Source: Bacteriovoracia bacterium
Lineage (GTDB): Bacteria; Bdellovibrionota; UBA1018; JBFWNL01
Length of the DNA: 64,000 bases
Direction of reading: 5' to 3'
Assembly: GCA_050251055.1 (NCBI GenBank)
Contig: JBFWNL010000006.1
Location: 96,001-160,000, forward strand
Translations under genes and position numbers: made by a program
The notes under the pieces: model-generated
Databases searched by the model: none
What the model was told of the DNA's origin: nothing
What the model saw: the letters and a program-made list of their open reading frames with translations, nothing else
In this document: positions 1 through 9,745 of the stretch, piece after piece
Layout of the letters: each line of letters opens with the position of its first letter
Position numbering within the stretch: position 1 is the first letter of the stretch

Positions 1-212
1 TATTTTCGTTATTGGGCCGCGGGGTAACGATGCCGTGGTTAACGGGGTGGTCGCTCACCGGGTTGGGGTTCGTGTTTTTTACCGCGCTTACTCGGGTGTT
101 GGCGGGCCGCCATTTTATGTCCGATGTTGTGGTAGGCATGATTGTGGGAGCGGTCATTACGGTCATTGTCCGCCAACAGATCAGCTTGCGATCTCGAGCT
201 AATTCTACTTAG
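1..212 (+). CDS. PAP2-family phosphatase, C-terminal part (5' end outside window)
   Basis: TRVLAGRHFMSDVVVG matches the PAP2 motif 3 (SRxxxxxHxxxD) followed by a TM helix. Confidence 0.75.
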   Translation, partial: FSLLGRGVTMPWLTGWSLTGLGFVFFTALTRVLAGRHFMSDVVVGMIVGAVITVIVRQQISLRSRANST

Positions 213-1266
213 TTTTTTTTGAAAGATCGCGCCAGCTTTTCCCAGCCCTGGCCGCGGGATTCATCTGGAAAGCGCGGACCGCGCGGGTGTGCTGTTCGAG
301 CGTTTCACTGAACTGATGAGTCCCGTCGTTTTTAGACACGAAGAAGAGATAGTTGCTCGTCGCGGGATTTAGCGTCGCCTGCAAGGCCGCCTTGCCGGGA
401 TTCGCGATCGGTCCGGCCGGCAGCGCCGAGATCGCGTACGTATTGTAATCCGTTCTTTGCTGCAAGTGTTCGCGGGTAATGTTGCCTTTGTAGGTTTCCC
501 AAATACCGTAGATGGTCGTGGGATCGCTTTGCAGTCGCATGCCCTTCCTAAGGCGGTTATAAAAGACGGAGGCGATCAGGGGACGTTCTTGGGGTGCGCC
601 CGTTTCCTTTTCTACGACGGAAGCCAACGTGACGAGTTCGTGTCGGGTAAGTCCCATTTCTCGGGCTCGAGCTTCGTCTCGATCCGTCCACGTGGCAAAG
701 AACTTCCCAACCATGATTTTCACCATCTCAGTGGCCGACATCGCCCGGTTAAAAAAGTAAGTTTCTGGAAATAGGTAGCCTTCCAGGGTTCGGGGCAGGG
801 GAGGCCTGAAGCCGAGTGAGGCGATAAGTTTCGGATCCTTGCAGAGCGAGACAAAGTCAGCCTTTTTGGCGAGCCCCTTTTGGGCGAGCAGATCCGCCAC
901 CTGGTACATGTTGAGACCTTCGCTGATCGTAATCGGGTGAGCAACGCTAACCCCGGAGCCTAATACCGCGAAGATCTGGAGCGGGGTCTGCGTTGACGAA
1001 ACTTCGTATTCGCCCGCCTTAATGCGCGGCCATTTGCGGGTGATCGTTCCCAAGGTTTGAAAGGACGAGGCGCTTTTGATTACTCCGGAAGTCTCTAATG
1101 TTTTTGCGATCGCACCCGGGCGGTCGCCCTTGCGAATCTCGACTGTCACCGAGTTTGGGCTGCCGGAACTCGCGGGAGTAAACGCGAAAAGGATGATCGG
1201 CAGGACCTGGATGGTCAACACGATCGTCGCGAGCACTATAAAAGTAGCAGTAATTTTCCGGACCAT
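205..1266 (-). CDS. mltG: Endolytic transglycosylase MltG (YceG family)
   Basis: N-terminal TM anchor; LEGYLFPETY, LASVVEKE, RLQSDPT, YNTY...LPAGPIANPG motifs. Confidence 0.95.
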   Translation of the reverse strand: MVRKITATFIVLATIVLTIQVLPIILFAFTPASSGSPNSVTVEIRKGDRPGAIAKTLETSGVIKSASSFQTLGTITRKWPRIKAGEYEVSSTQTPLQIFAVLGSGVSVAHPITISEGLNMYQVADLLAQKGLAKKADFVSLCKDPKLIASLGFRPPLPRTLEGYLFPETYFFNRAMSATEMVKIMVGKFFATWTDRDEARAREMGLTRHELVTLASVVEKETGAPQERPLIASVFYNRLRKGMRLQSDPTTIYGIWETYKGNITREHLQQRTDYNTYAISALPAGPIANPGKAALQATLNPATSNYLFFVSKNDGTHQFSETLEQHTRAVRAFQMNPAARAGKSWRDLSKKTK

Positions 1267-1362
1267 TTAGATAGGTTAGTGGGGTTGGGGGTGGGTGCCA
1301 AGAGTAATATTGTCTGTAAAATAGTTAACATATGACGGAAAAATGACAGGGAGTTGTAGTGT

Positions 1363-3384
1363 TTAATTTATTTCGGATGAGTACAGACACGGCAGTTCTA
1401 TGCTTACTAACGTCCATGTTTTTCCATCTGATTCAATTGAAATGGTACCACCGTGTCTATCTATCAGTTGGTTTACGTAGTGCAAACCCAGTCCAGTTCC
1501 TTCCTTTTTTCCGTGGGTAAAGCCTTCGGTTCCAATTTTCGGTAAGACATCTTCAGGTATTCCCCTTCCGGTGTCTTTCACTGAGATGGAGAAGTGATTC
1601 TCAGTGTAGGTGGCGGACACTTTGATTTTTCCACCGGCGTCACACGCTTCTATAGCATTATCTAGTATGTTTGATACCGCCCGGCCTAGAGCTGTAAATT
1701 CTATAGTAGTTATAATTTCAGGTGGGTTATTTTTTTTTGTGAACTCTATAGATATGGCTTTTTTTGTAGTGGCCCGTTTTTCCGCTATACAATTTAAAAC
1801 TAGATTTTCGACATTCATTGATCCTTCTGATGTCGAATTTATAGGTTGTATAGACGCTTTGTATTTTTTTAGGAGGTCATTTGAGATTTTTCCGATTCTA
1901 TCAATTGCAGAGAGTATTAGATTTCTAGAGTCTTGGGTTATTGCTTCTTGAGACTGTCCCGCCGCCGCCCTTAAAGCCGATAACGGGGATTTTATGTCAT
2001 GAGCAACTTGTGTTGCTAAGAGCGCTATTGCTTTGTTTTTTTCGTTTTCTAATGCGACTTGCTTAATCTCGAGTTCTCGTTTTACAAGTTTTGTTTTTAA
2101 TAGATCCCTCTCCGGTATTGCTATGGCGAATTCAACCGAAACTATAATCGAAAAAGAAAGGAAAAGTATTAAAGAACTTATTTTAGATAGGATTCCAAAA
2201 GAATTTATGGGGGTCAGGCCGATTAAGAATGCGGAGTGAATTAAGGTAAGGGCTAAGAATAAAAAAAACAAGAACCTTTCAACAGTTTTTCCGACGGTGG
2301 GTATTTCTACGAAGTCTCTTTTAATTAATTTCTTAGCCGAGAAATACAGCCCAAAAACAGAAGAGATCATATGAAGAAGTATTTCTAAATTCTCAATCAC
2401 TTTTAATCTTAATAACGAGTTGCCTAGGTTTTTTGATAAGAAGAAGGCAATCGTAGAGGCGAGTCCTATTCCATATGCGACCATTAGAAAGGGTCGTCTA
2501 TGCTTTGGGTCAATTCTATATAGGGTAAGAATAAAATGTATTAGAACTGATCGAGACCAAATTAATAAAACCTCAGACACGATAGGGGCAATGTCGGACA
2601 ACGCAGTTGGTGAGTACGCAGAGTTTAGTGTTTCAGCCCCCAAGTCTAATGAGCCAGATAATATTAGTAATAGTAGCTCGTTGTATTTATTGAACCGTAG
2701 ATAAACTACGGACAACAGTAGAAGTAAAAATCCTTTCGGGATTATGAACCAAAGATAATAGGAAGTTCTTAGTTCATTAGATCTAAATGCGATTGAGTTT
2801 AGTATAGATTTTGGGCCAAGTAGAAGATCTCTTCGGTTCGCGATACCTTGGTATGCTAAGTTTCCAGGATTAATTTCAAATCCAATGTCGATCGTTTCTT
2901 GATCTTGGAAGATGTTTTCCGGAATTACAACGAACAGCGTTTCAGCACCACCGGAGGTCAATAGCCGGTTATTTATGAATACTTTATAATTCTTTGCCCA
3001 GATAAATATTGAGTATAAAACCAATGGTTCTTTTTGGTTAAGCAAGTATTTTGGAAGTTCTATTTTTGACGACAGGTATATTTTCTGGCCGGGTTGCAGA
3101 TCGCTCAGTGGGAATTCACGAGAAGGGAGTGTGACTTTTTTTGTGACGGTAATCCCATTCTTTTTTCCCACTAAGGCGCACGGGACTTCGCCGCATTGTA
3201 TAGAGTTTCCGTAGTTGGCCTCCCAGCTAAGATTACTTCTTGTTAAATTAAGGACGTTGGGGTTGCTTTCATATGCTTCTTGCCAGTTGAAGTAATGGGA
3301 GATTTGAAAGAAAAAAAACCCTACTATGCATATTGAAATTATTGTGACCAATCCGTAAAAGAAGGTGTTGCTGTCGAATTTCAA
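1363..3384 (-). CDS. Membrane sensor histidine kinase (extracytoplasmic domain, about 7 TM, HisKA, HATPase)
   Basis: QVAHDIKSPL H-box, NILDNAIEA N-box, DTGRGI G1, GTGLGL G2; multiple TM helices; AT-rich. Confidence 0.9.
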   Translation of the reverse strand: MKFDSNTFFYGLVTIISICIVGFFFFQISHYFNWQEAYESNPNVLNLTRSNLSWEANYGNSIQCGEVPCALVGKKNGITVTKKVTLPSREFPLSDLQPGQKIYLSSKIELPKYLLNQKEPLVLYSIFIWAKNYKVFINNRLLTSGGAETLFVVIPENIFQDQETIDIGFEINPGNLAYQGIANRRDLLLGPKSILNSIAFRSNELRTSYYLWFIIPKGFLLLLLSVVYLRFNKYNELLLLILSGSLDLGAETLNSAYSPTALSDIAPIVSEVLLIWSRSVLIHFILTLYRIDPKHRRPFLMVAYGIGLASTIAFFLSKNLGNSLLRLKVIENLEILLHMISSVFGLYFSAKKLIKRDFVEIPTVGKTVERFLFFLFLALTLIHSAFLIGLTPINSFGILSKISSLILFLSFSIIVSVEFAIAIPERDLLKTKLVKRELEIKQVALENEKNKAIALLATQVAHDIKSPLSALRAAAGQSQEAITQDSRNLILSAIDRIGKISNDLLKKYKASIQPINSTSEGSMNVENLVLNCIAEKRATTKKAISIEFTKKNNPPEIITTIEFTALGRAVSNILDNAIEACDAGGKIKVSATYTENHFSISVKDTGRGIPEDVLPKIGTEGFTHGKKEGTGLGLHYVNQLIDRHGGTISIESDGKTWTLVSIELPCLYSSEIN

Positions 3385-3395
3385 GGGAGCGCCTT

Positions 3396-4895
3396 TTAGG
3401 CTTTCTTTGGAAACCGTACGCCCTTAGTGAACAGTTTTGTTATTGGGCTGATCGCCGTGTAAAGGCCGTGCCTAAAGTTAAGCGTGGGGTCGAATTCAAT
3501 GAGTTGATGTTTAATGAGATAAGTTGTTAAGTCTGAATATAATTCGTTCCAGATCGCAGCCGATACCGATTTGCCGGAGATTATCTCAGGTAGGTGCCCC
3601 AATAGTAATTCATGGCGCAAGCCACGGATATCGCCATGTTCAAAGTATACGCCTAATGCTTGGTATCCCAGTTTCTTGTATAGGGGCACGAGCTTCTCTT
3701 CGGCGCTCCCAAGAATCCATTGTCGTTTTGACTGGAGCACTGTCAACGTCATCTGCTTAATTAGTGCGTAGAGTAAGTCACTCCCTCTGTAGGCAGGGTG
3801 TGTGCAAATTCGCGTTACTTCTACAATCTCGTCTTTTCTAGGGATGCTCTCTGGGAGTTTTACAAAGCGCTCGTGTTCCGTCGTGTCTTCCAACTCGTGG
3901 TACATCACCCTTAAGCTTGCGACTAAATCTCCTCTGTGGCGAACGGTCAAGATTCTCGACCTAGAGTCAAATACATCCGCACTATTTTCGACAGCTGAGG
4001 TAGGGACCGCTTTTCCTGCCTTTAAGTATGCCATGTGACGAAGATTTAGCACCTCTTCGTATTCGGAAGCGGTTCTGACGCAACCAAACTCTAATGCGCC
4101 TGATGCCTTTGATACGTCCAGGCCTTCTTTCTTTAGGGCCTCGATTGTGTGCTTTGGTCCAAACTGAAAGACGTATTGGCCAATGGTTTCGTTTATTTTT
4201 GAGTCACTATTGGTGATTTTTGTCCCGACAGATAGATATTCTTTTCCGTCCATTGCGAGAATCCGTGTGTTAAGGAGCTTTAACTTTAGGTTGACATCGC
4301 CAACTACGGGAAAGCTGACCATGCTGTCTAACTCCATTCCCGGGATCAGCCACTTGTTCCTAAGGCTCATAACTAGTTGCATTCCCGATCTCGATATATC
4401 TCGAATTCGAAAATGAATAAAATCATTGAACCTAATCGGATTGGGCGCGATGCCGGTAGGCATAAACTCTGACCCGCACATCCATCGAGTGTTTGAACGT
4501 CGGTCATCAACTGTATGGTCAAAATTCTTTTGTGTGTCGGTTGAGCACCATCTTACACCTATTAGTCTGCGATGTGTTTCGTTGTGAATGCATGCGACAG
4601 CTAAGCCTATAAATGCGCTCTTTGTTTTATTTAAAGAGATGGTCAAATTTAATAAGCAGCCTACATTTATTTTTGAGGCCTTGTCCGCGTCTTCGCCTTT
4701 TAGTATCAATTCGGCTCCGAGAGGGCTAAGGCGCCAGACCACAGCTGAAATTTTAATATCTTGGTCAGGAATATAAACTGTTGCAGATATCGGATCAGAT
4801 TCTCTGACTTCAACCGGGTGAAATGGGCTATGTATAAACTCGATTTCAGTTTCTGGACGCGGTTCAAATTTTCTGAGATGAATTATTTGACTCAT
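3396..4895 (-). CDS. Tandem PilZ domains fused to a GNAT N-acyltransferase (FeeM/LuxI-like fold)
   Basis: DRRSNTRW (RxxxR) and DISRSG (DxSxxG) PilZ motifs; C-terminal LRHMAY...DVFD...ASLRV...EVTRICTHPAYRG...LYKKLGY. Confidence 0.8.
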   Translation of the reverse strand: MSQIIHLRKFEPRPETEIEFIHSPFHPVEVRESDPISATVYIPDQDIKISAVVWRLSPLGAELILKGEDADKASKINVGCLLNLTISLNKTKSAFIGLAVACIHNETHRRLIGVRWCSTDTQKNFDHTVDDRRSNTRWMCGSEFMPTGIAPNPIRFNDFIHFRIRDISRSGMQLVMSLRNKWLIPGMELDSMVSFPVVGDVNLKLKLLNTRILAMDGKEYLSVGTKITNSDSKINETIGQYVFQFGPKHTIEALKKEGLDVSKASGALEFGCVRTASEYEEVLNLRHMAYLKAGKAVPTSAVENSADVFDSRSRILTVRHRGDLVASLRVMYHELEDTTEHERFVKLPESIPRKDEIVEVTRICTHPAYRGSDLLYALIKQMTLTVLQSKRQWILGSAEEKLVPLYKKLGYQALGVYFEHGDIRGLRHELLLGHLPEIISGKSVSAAIWNELYSDLTTYLIKHQLIEFDPTLNFRHGLYTAISPITKLFTKGVRFPKKA

Positions 4896-6298
4896 GCCAC
4901 TCTAAGTAGGGGAGTTATTTCCGTGCTATTTTCTAATGCCAGTAAATTTTTCGGCGTAATTTCTAAAACACCTAGCTGCCGTTCCTCGGGAAAGTCTTTT
5001 ATAGATAGATTGATCTCAGCTAGAGAAATGCTTTTTAACTCTAAGTGTGGCAGAGCCTTTGAAGCGCAAATCGCTGCGGATTCTGTTAGCAAGATCACAT
5101 CCCTTTTGAGAATAGATTTGAAGGTTGCATCTTTTGTTAGCAGATCAATTCTGTTTACAATGTTTGCAGGCTGACCGAGGGCCGTTATCTCTCGAGAGCT
5201 TTCAGTTCCGCCAATATTTCCTGTCACGGCTTCGCCGAATGAGACACAAATAAAACGTTCTGTTTTTTGCTCATCCGAAACTCGTTGATTTGCATCTAGG
5301 GTCTTTTGTGCAATTGCGCACGCCGCCCTTAGGGCATTGATGATGTTTTTTTGTGGATCTACTTGGTCGAAGTAGGCAAATACTAAGTCGCCGATCACTC
5401 TCGGAATTCCGTCGAATTCCTCCACTGTATCCACAGCAGATCTTAAGTTAGGAATGGCTGATTTCCCTAAGAATCCACGTAAATCTTTGGATTTTGTACT
5501 AAATGACCGGATGTCTGTGTAGAGGCATGCGACCGGGCCTACTTTACTTCTTAGGACTTCATTGATGGCTTGGGTTACGGTCTGTTTTTTGTCAGTTATT
5601 AATGTATTTAAACGATTATATATTTCTTTTGGCAAAAACGACCTTATCTGCTCGTTCATTTCTATTTGAAGCTCGATAAGTTTCTTTTGAGTTTCTAGTC
5701 TTTCTTGCTCAAATATAAAGCTAGTTACCTTTAGGTTGAACGTGGACCTGATGGCGACAGTTGCCACAAGGCCGACTATAGCGGCACTTAGTATGTATGA
5801 GTGCTCACCCGTTCTTGCTAAAAAAAATGACAACTGGATGCAGTAAGCTACAAGCAGGTAAGTTGAGCTGAAGAATATCGAATTCGATAGTGTGAGTGTC
5901 GTGATAACTGGAATCAGAATTGAATAAAAATAAGGAACTTCCGGTCTCCACTCCATTGAGAGGCCCTGCATGTAAGAGAAGATCAAACCAGATACCACAA
6001 TAGGTAGACGAAAAAACCGGGTTTGGCTTACAGGTTTATAATAGCTTAACGCTAAACCCGTGAGCGCAACACCCGAACAGAAGAATCTATATTTTGCCCA
6101 AAGCTCGATGGGCTGTTTCCCGAGGGGAATATCAATAAGGTAGTAGTGTGCTACGTAGGCGATTAGAAAAAGCGAAAAGTAGGCGAAAGAAACGGGCCTA
6201 TATCCTAGGCGTTCATTTTGGTCCCACCTGTGTTTCCAGTCTGGACGAATCCTAAGGGTAGGTTGAAAAAAGACAAGTATTGCTTCCAAGACACGCAT
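4892..6298 (-). CDS. Membrane-bound class III nucleotide cyclase (about 6 TM, coiled coil, cyclase domain)
   Basis: YTDIRSFS, RVIGDLVFAYF, GEAVTGNIGG, TALGQPANIVNRI; 4-nt overlap with next gene; start could be 6310. Confidence 0.85.
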   Translation of the reverse strand: MRVLEAILVFFQPTLRIRPDWKHRWDQNERLGYRPVSFAYFSLFLIAYVAHYYLIDIPLGKQPIELWAKYRFFCSGVALTGLALSYYKPVSQTRFFRLPIVVSGLIFSYMQGLSMEWRPEVPYFYSILIPVITTLTLSNSIFFSSTYLLVAYCIQLSFFLARTGEHSYILSAAIVGLVATVAIRSTFNLKVTSFIFEQERLETQKKLIELQIEMNEQIRSFLPKEIYNRLNTLITDKKQTVTQAINEVLRSKVGPVACLYTDIRSFSTKSKDLRGFLGKSAIPNLRSAVDTVEEFDGIPRVIGDLVFAYFDQVDPQKNIINALRAACAIAQKTLDANQRVSDEQKTERFICVSFGEAVTGNIGGTESSREITALGQPANIVNRIDLLTKDATFKSILKRDVILLTESAAICASKALPHLELKSISLAEINLSIKDFPEERQLGVLEITPKNLLALENSTEITPLLRVA

Positions 6299-6385
6299 AG
6301 GGACCCGCACTCCTATGGCATATTAATCGACAGCTATAACAAACGAGTTTAGTTGATAGGCGGGACTGTTATACTTTTGACGGGG

Positions 6386-6955
6386 CTACCCCCCCACCTG
6401 CCCAATAGCCGTCTTGGCGATTTCCCGTATCGCTTCATCTTCATCTGCAAGGAGCTTTTTTAGGGCCGGTAGCGCGGTTTTGGCCGCAGCACCATGGCGC
6501 CCTAGGTTGGAAGCCGCCGCCGCGCGGACGGTTTTGTTGCGGTCGCGGGTGGCTCGGGTCAGGGCATAGATGACGCCGTCCACGGTGGGGTCAGAACGTC
6601 CGAGGCCGGCTACGGCGGCCTGCCGAATGGGGGCGTATTTGTCGCGGACGGCTTCGAATAAAACGGGAATGGCCTCGGGAACTTCACGGGCAATATCACC
6701 TAGGGCGGAGACGGCATTGGCGCGTTGTTCGTCTGGGCGCTCTGATTTCACGATGCGCGTGAGATTGGCCACTAGCGTGCGTTTTGCCTTGGGCGTGAGA
6801 TTCTCCATCTCATTGAGCGCCTCATTATACTCAGGGGCGTTTACGTCGAGCAGGCGCTCGGTCAGGCTCTTTGCGTGTACAGTGAATGAGCCTACCAAGA
6901 GGAAGCCAGCAGCGAATAAAGAAGCGAACAAAATGGGGCGGGCCATGCGTCTCAA
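6386..6955 (-). CDS. Secreted HEAT/PBS-lyase repeat protein
   Basis: Signal peptide (VHA|K); repeated RxxAxxALG motifs. Confidence 0.8.
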   Translation of the reverse strand: MRRMARPILFASLFAAGFLLVGSFTVHAKSLTERLLDVNAPEYNEALNEMENLTPKAKRTLVANLTRIVKSERPDEQRANAVSALGDIAREVPEAIPVLFEAVRDKYAPIRQAAVAGLGRSDPTVDGVIYALTRATRDRNKTVRAAAASNLGRHGAAAKTALPALKKLLADEDEAIREIAKTAIGQVGG

Positions 6956-7174
6956 ATCCTCCCTGATTTGATGAAAATGGATCGATGAGACTGTTATTTT
7001 CCAAGTGAATCAACGAAGAGTCAATTTTACAAATTTAATAATTATTTCAACTAGTTAATTTATCATAACCAATCCTCATCTGCTGGATTGACAGGCGGGG
7101 GAGGTTGATTATACGGTGCGTCAAATCTGGATAGGATCCGGTTTTTCGAGAGAGAGTCGAGGAGTATTTTTCAC

Positions 7175-8425
7175 ATGAAAGTTGCGCCGCTGTTTTTGAT
7201 CTTGGCTTTGGCCTTCGGGGAAGTTCGCGCGAACGCGCAGGCGACGCCTCCGGAGCAAAATGCGGCGCCGGCGGCCGTCGTCGTTCAACCCGAGAATAAA
7301 AATACGCTCGCTACGTGGGACCTGGAAGCCAACCAGACCGATGAGCTGGTGATTAAACTCTCGGAAATCAACACGGGCACGGTGGGAACAAATCCAAAAT
7401 TTTTTGTGAATATTGGCGTGAAGATCGAGTATCGGCGTGATGCCAAGCGCACGCGCACGTATACGCGCGAGCTTTTACATTACGTACCGGTTGGTGAAGC
7501 CCCCGCTAACCAATCGAAGTACGTCGACCAGATCTACCGAGTTCGGCTTGGGCGGATTCAACGCGAGCTCGAAGCGAATTTTGAACGCTGGCAAACCGCG
7601 GATATCGTGAATCTCGATCTTTACCTAAACTTCCGTCGGGACCAGGGCTTGGGTTCGACGGACTTGGGAACCTACACCCTGCCGCTAGCGGACGCCTTGG
7701 GCCGGGGTTTTGATTCGGAAGAAGAATTCATGTTCGAGCATGAAGCAAGTGGGTTTTCGGTTGTGGGTGAAGCTTATTCGGAAACGCAAGTAGACATCGC
7801 CATGCGCCGCGCCCAGCGTAAGCGTCTCGAAGCAGGCGAGCTCGAGAAACTGATGCTGGAACTGCGTAGCTCCACGGACGAGCGCATGCGTTCTCTCGAA
7901 GTGTCGAATCAGCGCATGCTCGACAACTTCTCCGAGCTCTTCCAGAAGGTGACCGAGTTGGCGGCGGCTGGGGGCGGCGAAGGGTCGGCGCTCTCCACGA
8001 TGCCGGCGACGATTTTCCTCGTGCGCCACGCGGAAAAAGAAGGGGGAATGGACCCCGATCTTACCCCGGAAGGGCATAAGCGCGCCGAAGCGCTTAAGAA
8101 GATCCTCCAAAAAGTAAAGATCGATGCGGTGTTTGCCACTGAGATGAAGCGGACCCAGCAGACGGTCGCCCCGGTTTGCGAGGCTACGGGCCTCAAGGCC
8201 GAGATCGAACCCTATCACGTGAGCGACGAGCTGGTGCAGAAGCTCAAGAGCAAATACGCGGGGAAAACGGTGCTCGTCGCCACGCACTCGACTTCAATCC
8301 CGGATTTCAGCCGCCAATTGGGATTCACCGAGCCGCTGGATGTCTACGCGTTCGGCGACCTCTTCGTGATCCAATTCGTGGGAAACAAGCCTAAGCTCGT
8401 GGCGAATCTGCATTTCGGGGAATAG
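7175..8425 (+). CDS. Secreted protein: unknown N-terminal domain, coiled coil, C-terminal histidine phosphatase (SixA/PGM-like)
   Basis: Signal peptide; IFLVRHAEK, LTPEGHKRA, RTQQT, LVATHS; GAGGAG RBS. Confidence 0.8.
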   Translation: MKVAPLFLILALAFGEVRANAQATPPEQNAAPAAVVVQPENKNTLATWDLEANQTDELVIKLSEINTGTVGTNPKFFVNIGVKIEYRRDAKRTRTYTRELLHYVPVGEAPANQSKYVDQIYRVRLGRIQRELEANFERWQTADIVNLDLYLNFRRDQGLGSTDLGTYTLPLADALGRGFDSEEEFMFEHEASGFSVVGEAYSETQVDIAMRRAQRKRLEAGELEKLMLELRSSTDERMRSLEVSNQRMLDNFSELFQKVTELAAAGGGEGSALSTMPATIFLVRHAEKEGGMDPDLTPEGHKRAEALKKILQKVKIDAVFATEMKRTQQTVAPVCEATGLKAEIEPYHVSDELVQKLKSKYAGKTVLVATHSTSIPDFSRQLGFTEPLDVYAFGDLFVIQFVGNKPKLVANLHFGE

Positions 8426-8427
8426 CG

Positions 8428-9627
8428 CTAAGGGCGCACGTATATTCCCATCAAAAATTCATCGAAGTAGTCGGCGCTCATATGGAAAAACCCCTCGTCG
8501 CCGGCTCGTTCGCCGTGGCTGTTCTTGATGAGAAATTGAACGGCCTTGCCGTCGGCGTCGGTTCGCACGCCGACGATGTCCACGGCGTGTTTACCGTCGC
8601 CGATTCCGAAAGCCTCACGGTAGCGATAGGCGGGGATGGGTACGCCCTCCGGGCGAAGAAAGCCGTCGATCGTCATGGCGCCCGACGGCTTGTGCATGAA
8701 GGCGGGCACCCACTCGAACGAAGCGGGCACCGATTCGCCACGAGCTAGGCGCGATACGATCTCCGACTTGATTTCGTCCAGGCTTTTGCGTTTTAGAATT
8801 TGGCCACGATCTGGGATGGTGCTGCGACGAGGAAGATTTTCGCCTTCCGCGCGTTTTGCCAGGGCCTGCAATGAATCTGGCAGCGGAGGGCGCGGTGGGG
8901 CTATGTATTCAATCGGCTTGCCGGCCTCGGGTAAAAACTGCTGCTGGAAGGATTTGGCGGTGTACTCGACGCCTTCGTACATGAATTTTTCCGGGGGCGG
9001 ATCTCCCGCGTAGGTTTTGACGATATCGAGGACGTCGGTCCGTGCGCGCTGAAGCAGGGCTTGCTTTACGGCTTCGTCGGTCACGTTGGCGGTTTCGACG
9101 TGGAACTGCGCGATCCGCGCATTGATGAAATAAACGATACGCCGGGCTTGTTCGGGATCCCGAAAATTCACCCGGGGTTTCCACACGGACTCGGGAATCG
9201 CGCCCACGCTGTGGACGATCCAAGCAGCGGCGAGGGTGTTGCCGCCTTCGTAAACGGTTTGTCCCGGCATCTCGAGGGCGTCAAGCGCGCGGAGGCGCAG
9301 GCTCTCCAAGATAATATAGTCTTCGGATAGGTCGATTTTCTTTCCGGTAGATCCCAAGATAAGCGCCTCGTAGTGGGCGAGCGTGCCGTACACCCAGCAT
9401 CCGCCGTAGGCGCACTGATTTTGGATCGGGGTCGTCTTCACGACGTGGGTATAGGTGGTGTCGAGGACGAACCCGGGCCGCAGGCTTGCGAGTTGGGCGG
9501 CATCGGCCATCATCATTTTTAGGCAGATGGAACGGAGGTCGCCCTGGGCGGGATCCTGCGCCCGCGCCCAGAGGGTGGAACTCAGCCCCAGAGCTACCCA
9601 GATCATTATATACAGACGGGCCTTCAC
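8428..9627 (-). CDS. Secreted C1-family cysteine peptidase (aminopeptidase C-like)
   Basis: QNQCAYGGCW catalytic Cys, KHAVDIVG His, IKNSHG Asn; signal peptide. Confidence 0.85.
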   Translation of the reverse strand: MKARLYIMIWVALGLSSTLWARAQDPAQGDLRSICLKMMMADAAQLASLRPGFVLDTTYTHVVKTTPIQNQCAYGGCWVYGTLAHYEALILGSTGKKIDLSEDYIILESLRLRALDALEMPGQTVYEGGNTLAAAWIVHSVGAIPESVWKPRVNFRDPEQARRIVYFINARIAQFHVETANVTDEAVKQALLQRARTDVLDIVKTYAGDPPPEKFMYEGVEYTAKSFQQQFLPEAGKPIEYIAPPRPPLPDSLQALAKRAEGENLPRRSTIPDRGQILKRKSLDEIKSEIVSRLARGESVPASFEWVPAFMHKPSGAMTIDGFLRPEGVPIPAYRYREAFGIGDGKHAVDIVGVRTDADGKAVQFLIKNSHGERAGDEGFFHMSADYFDEFLMGIYVRP

Positions 9628-9745
9628 CCCCGACTTATCGGCTTTTTTTCAATATTTCCGCCCCCTATTGCGATTCATAACGCATTGAGTTACTACAGCC
9701 GGAACTTTTATAGCGATATCTGCCGCTATTTTGGAGGACGGGTTA

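Noticed and set aside
9635-9660. GCCGATAA on the minus strand upstream of the C1 peptidase as a sigma28 promoter
   Set aside because: No matching -35 element at the expected spacing
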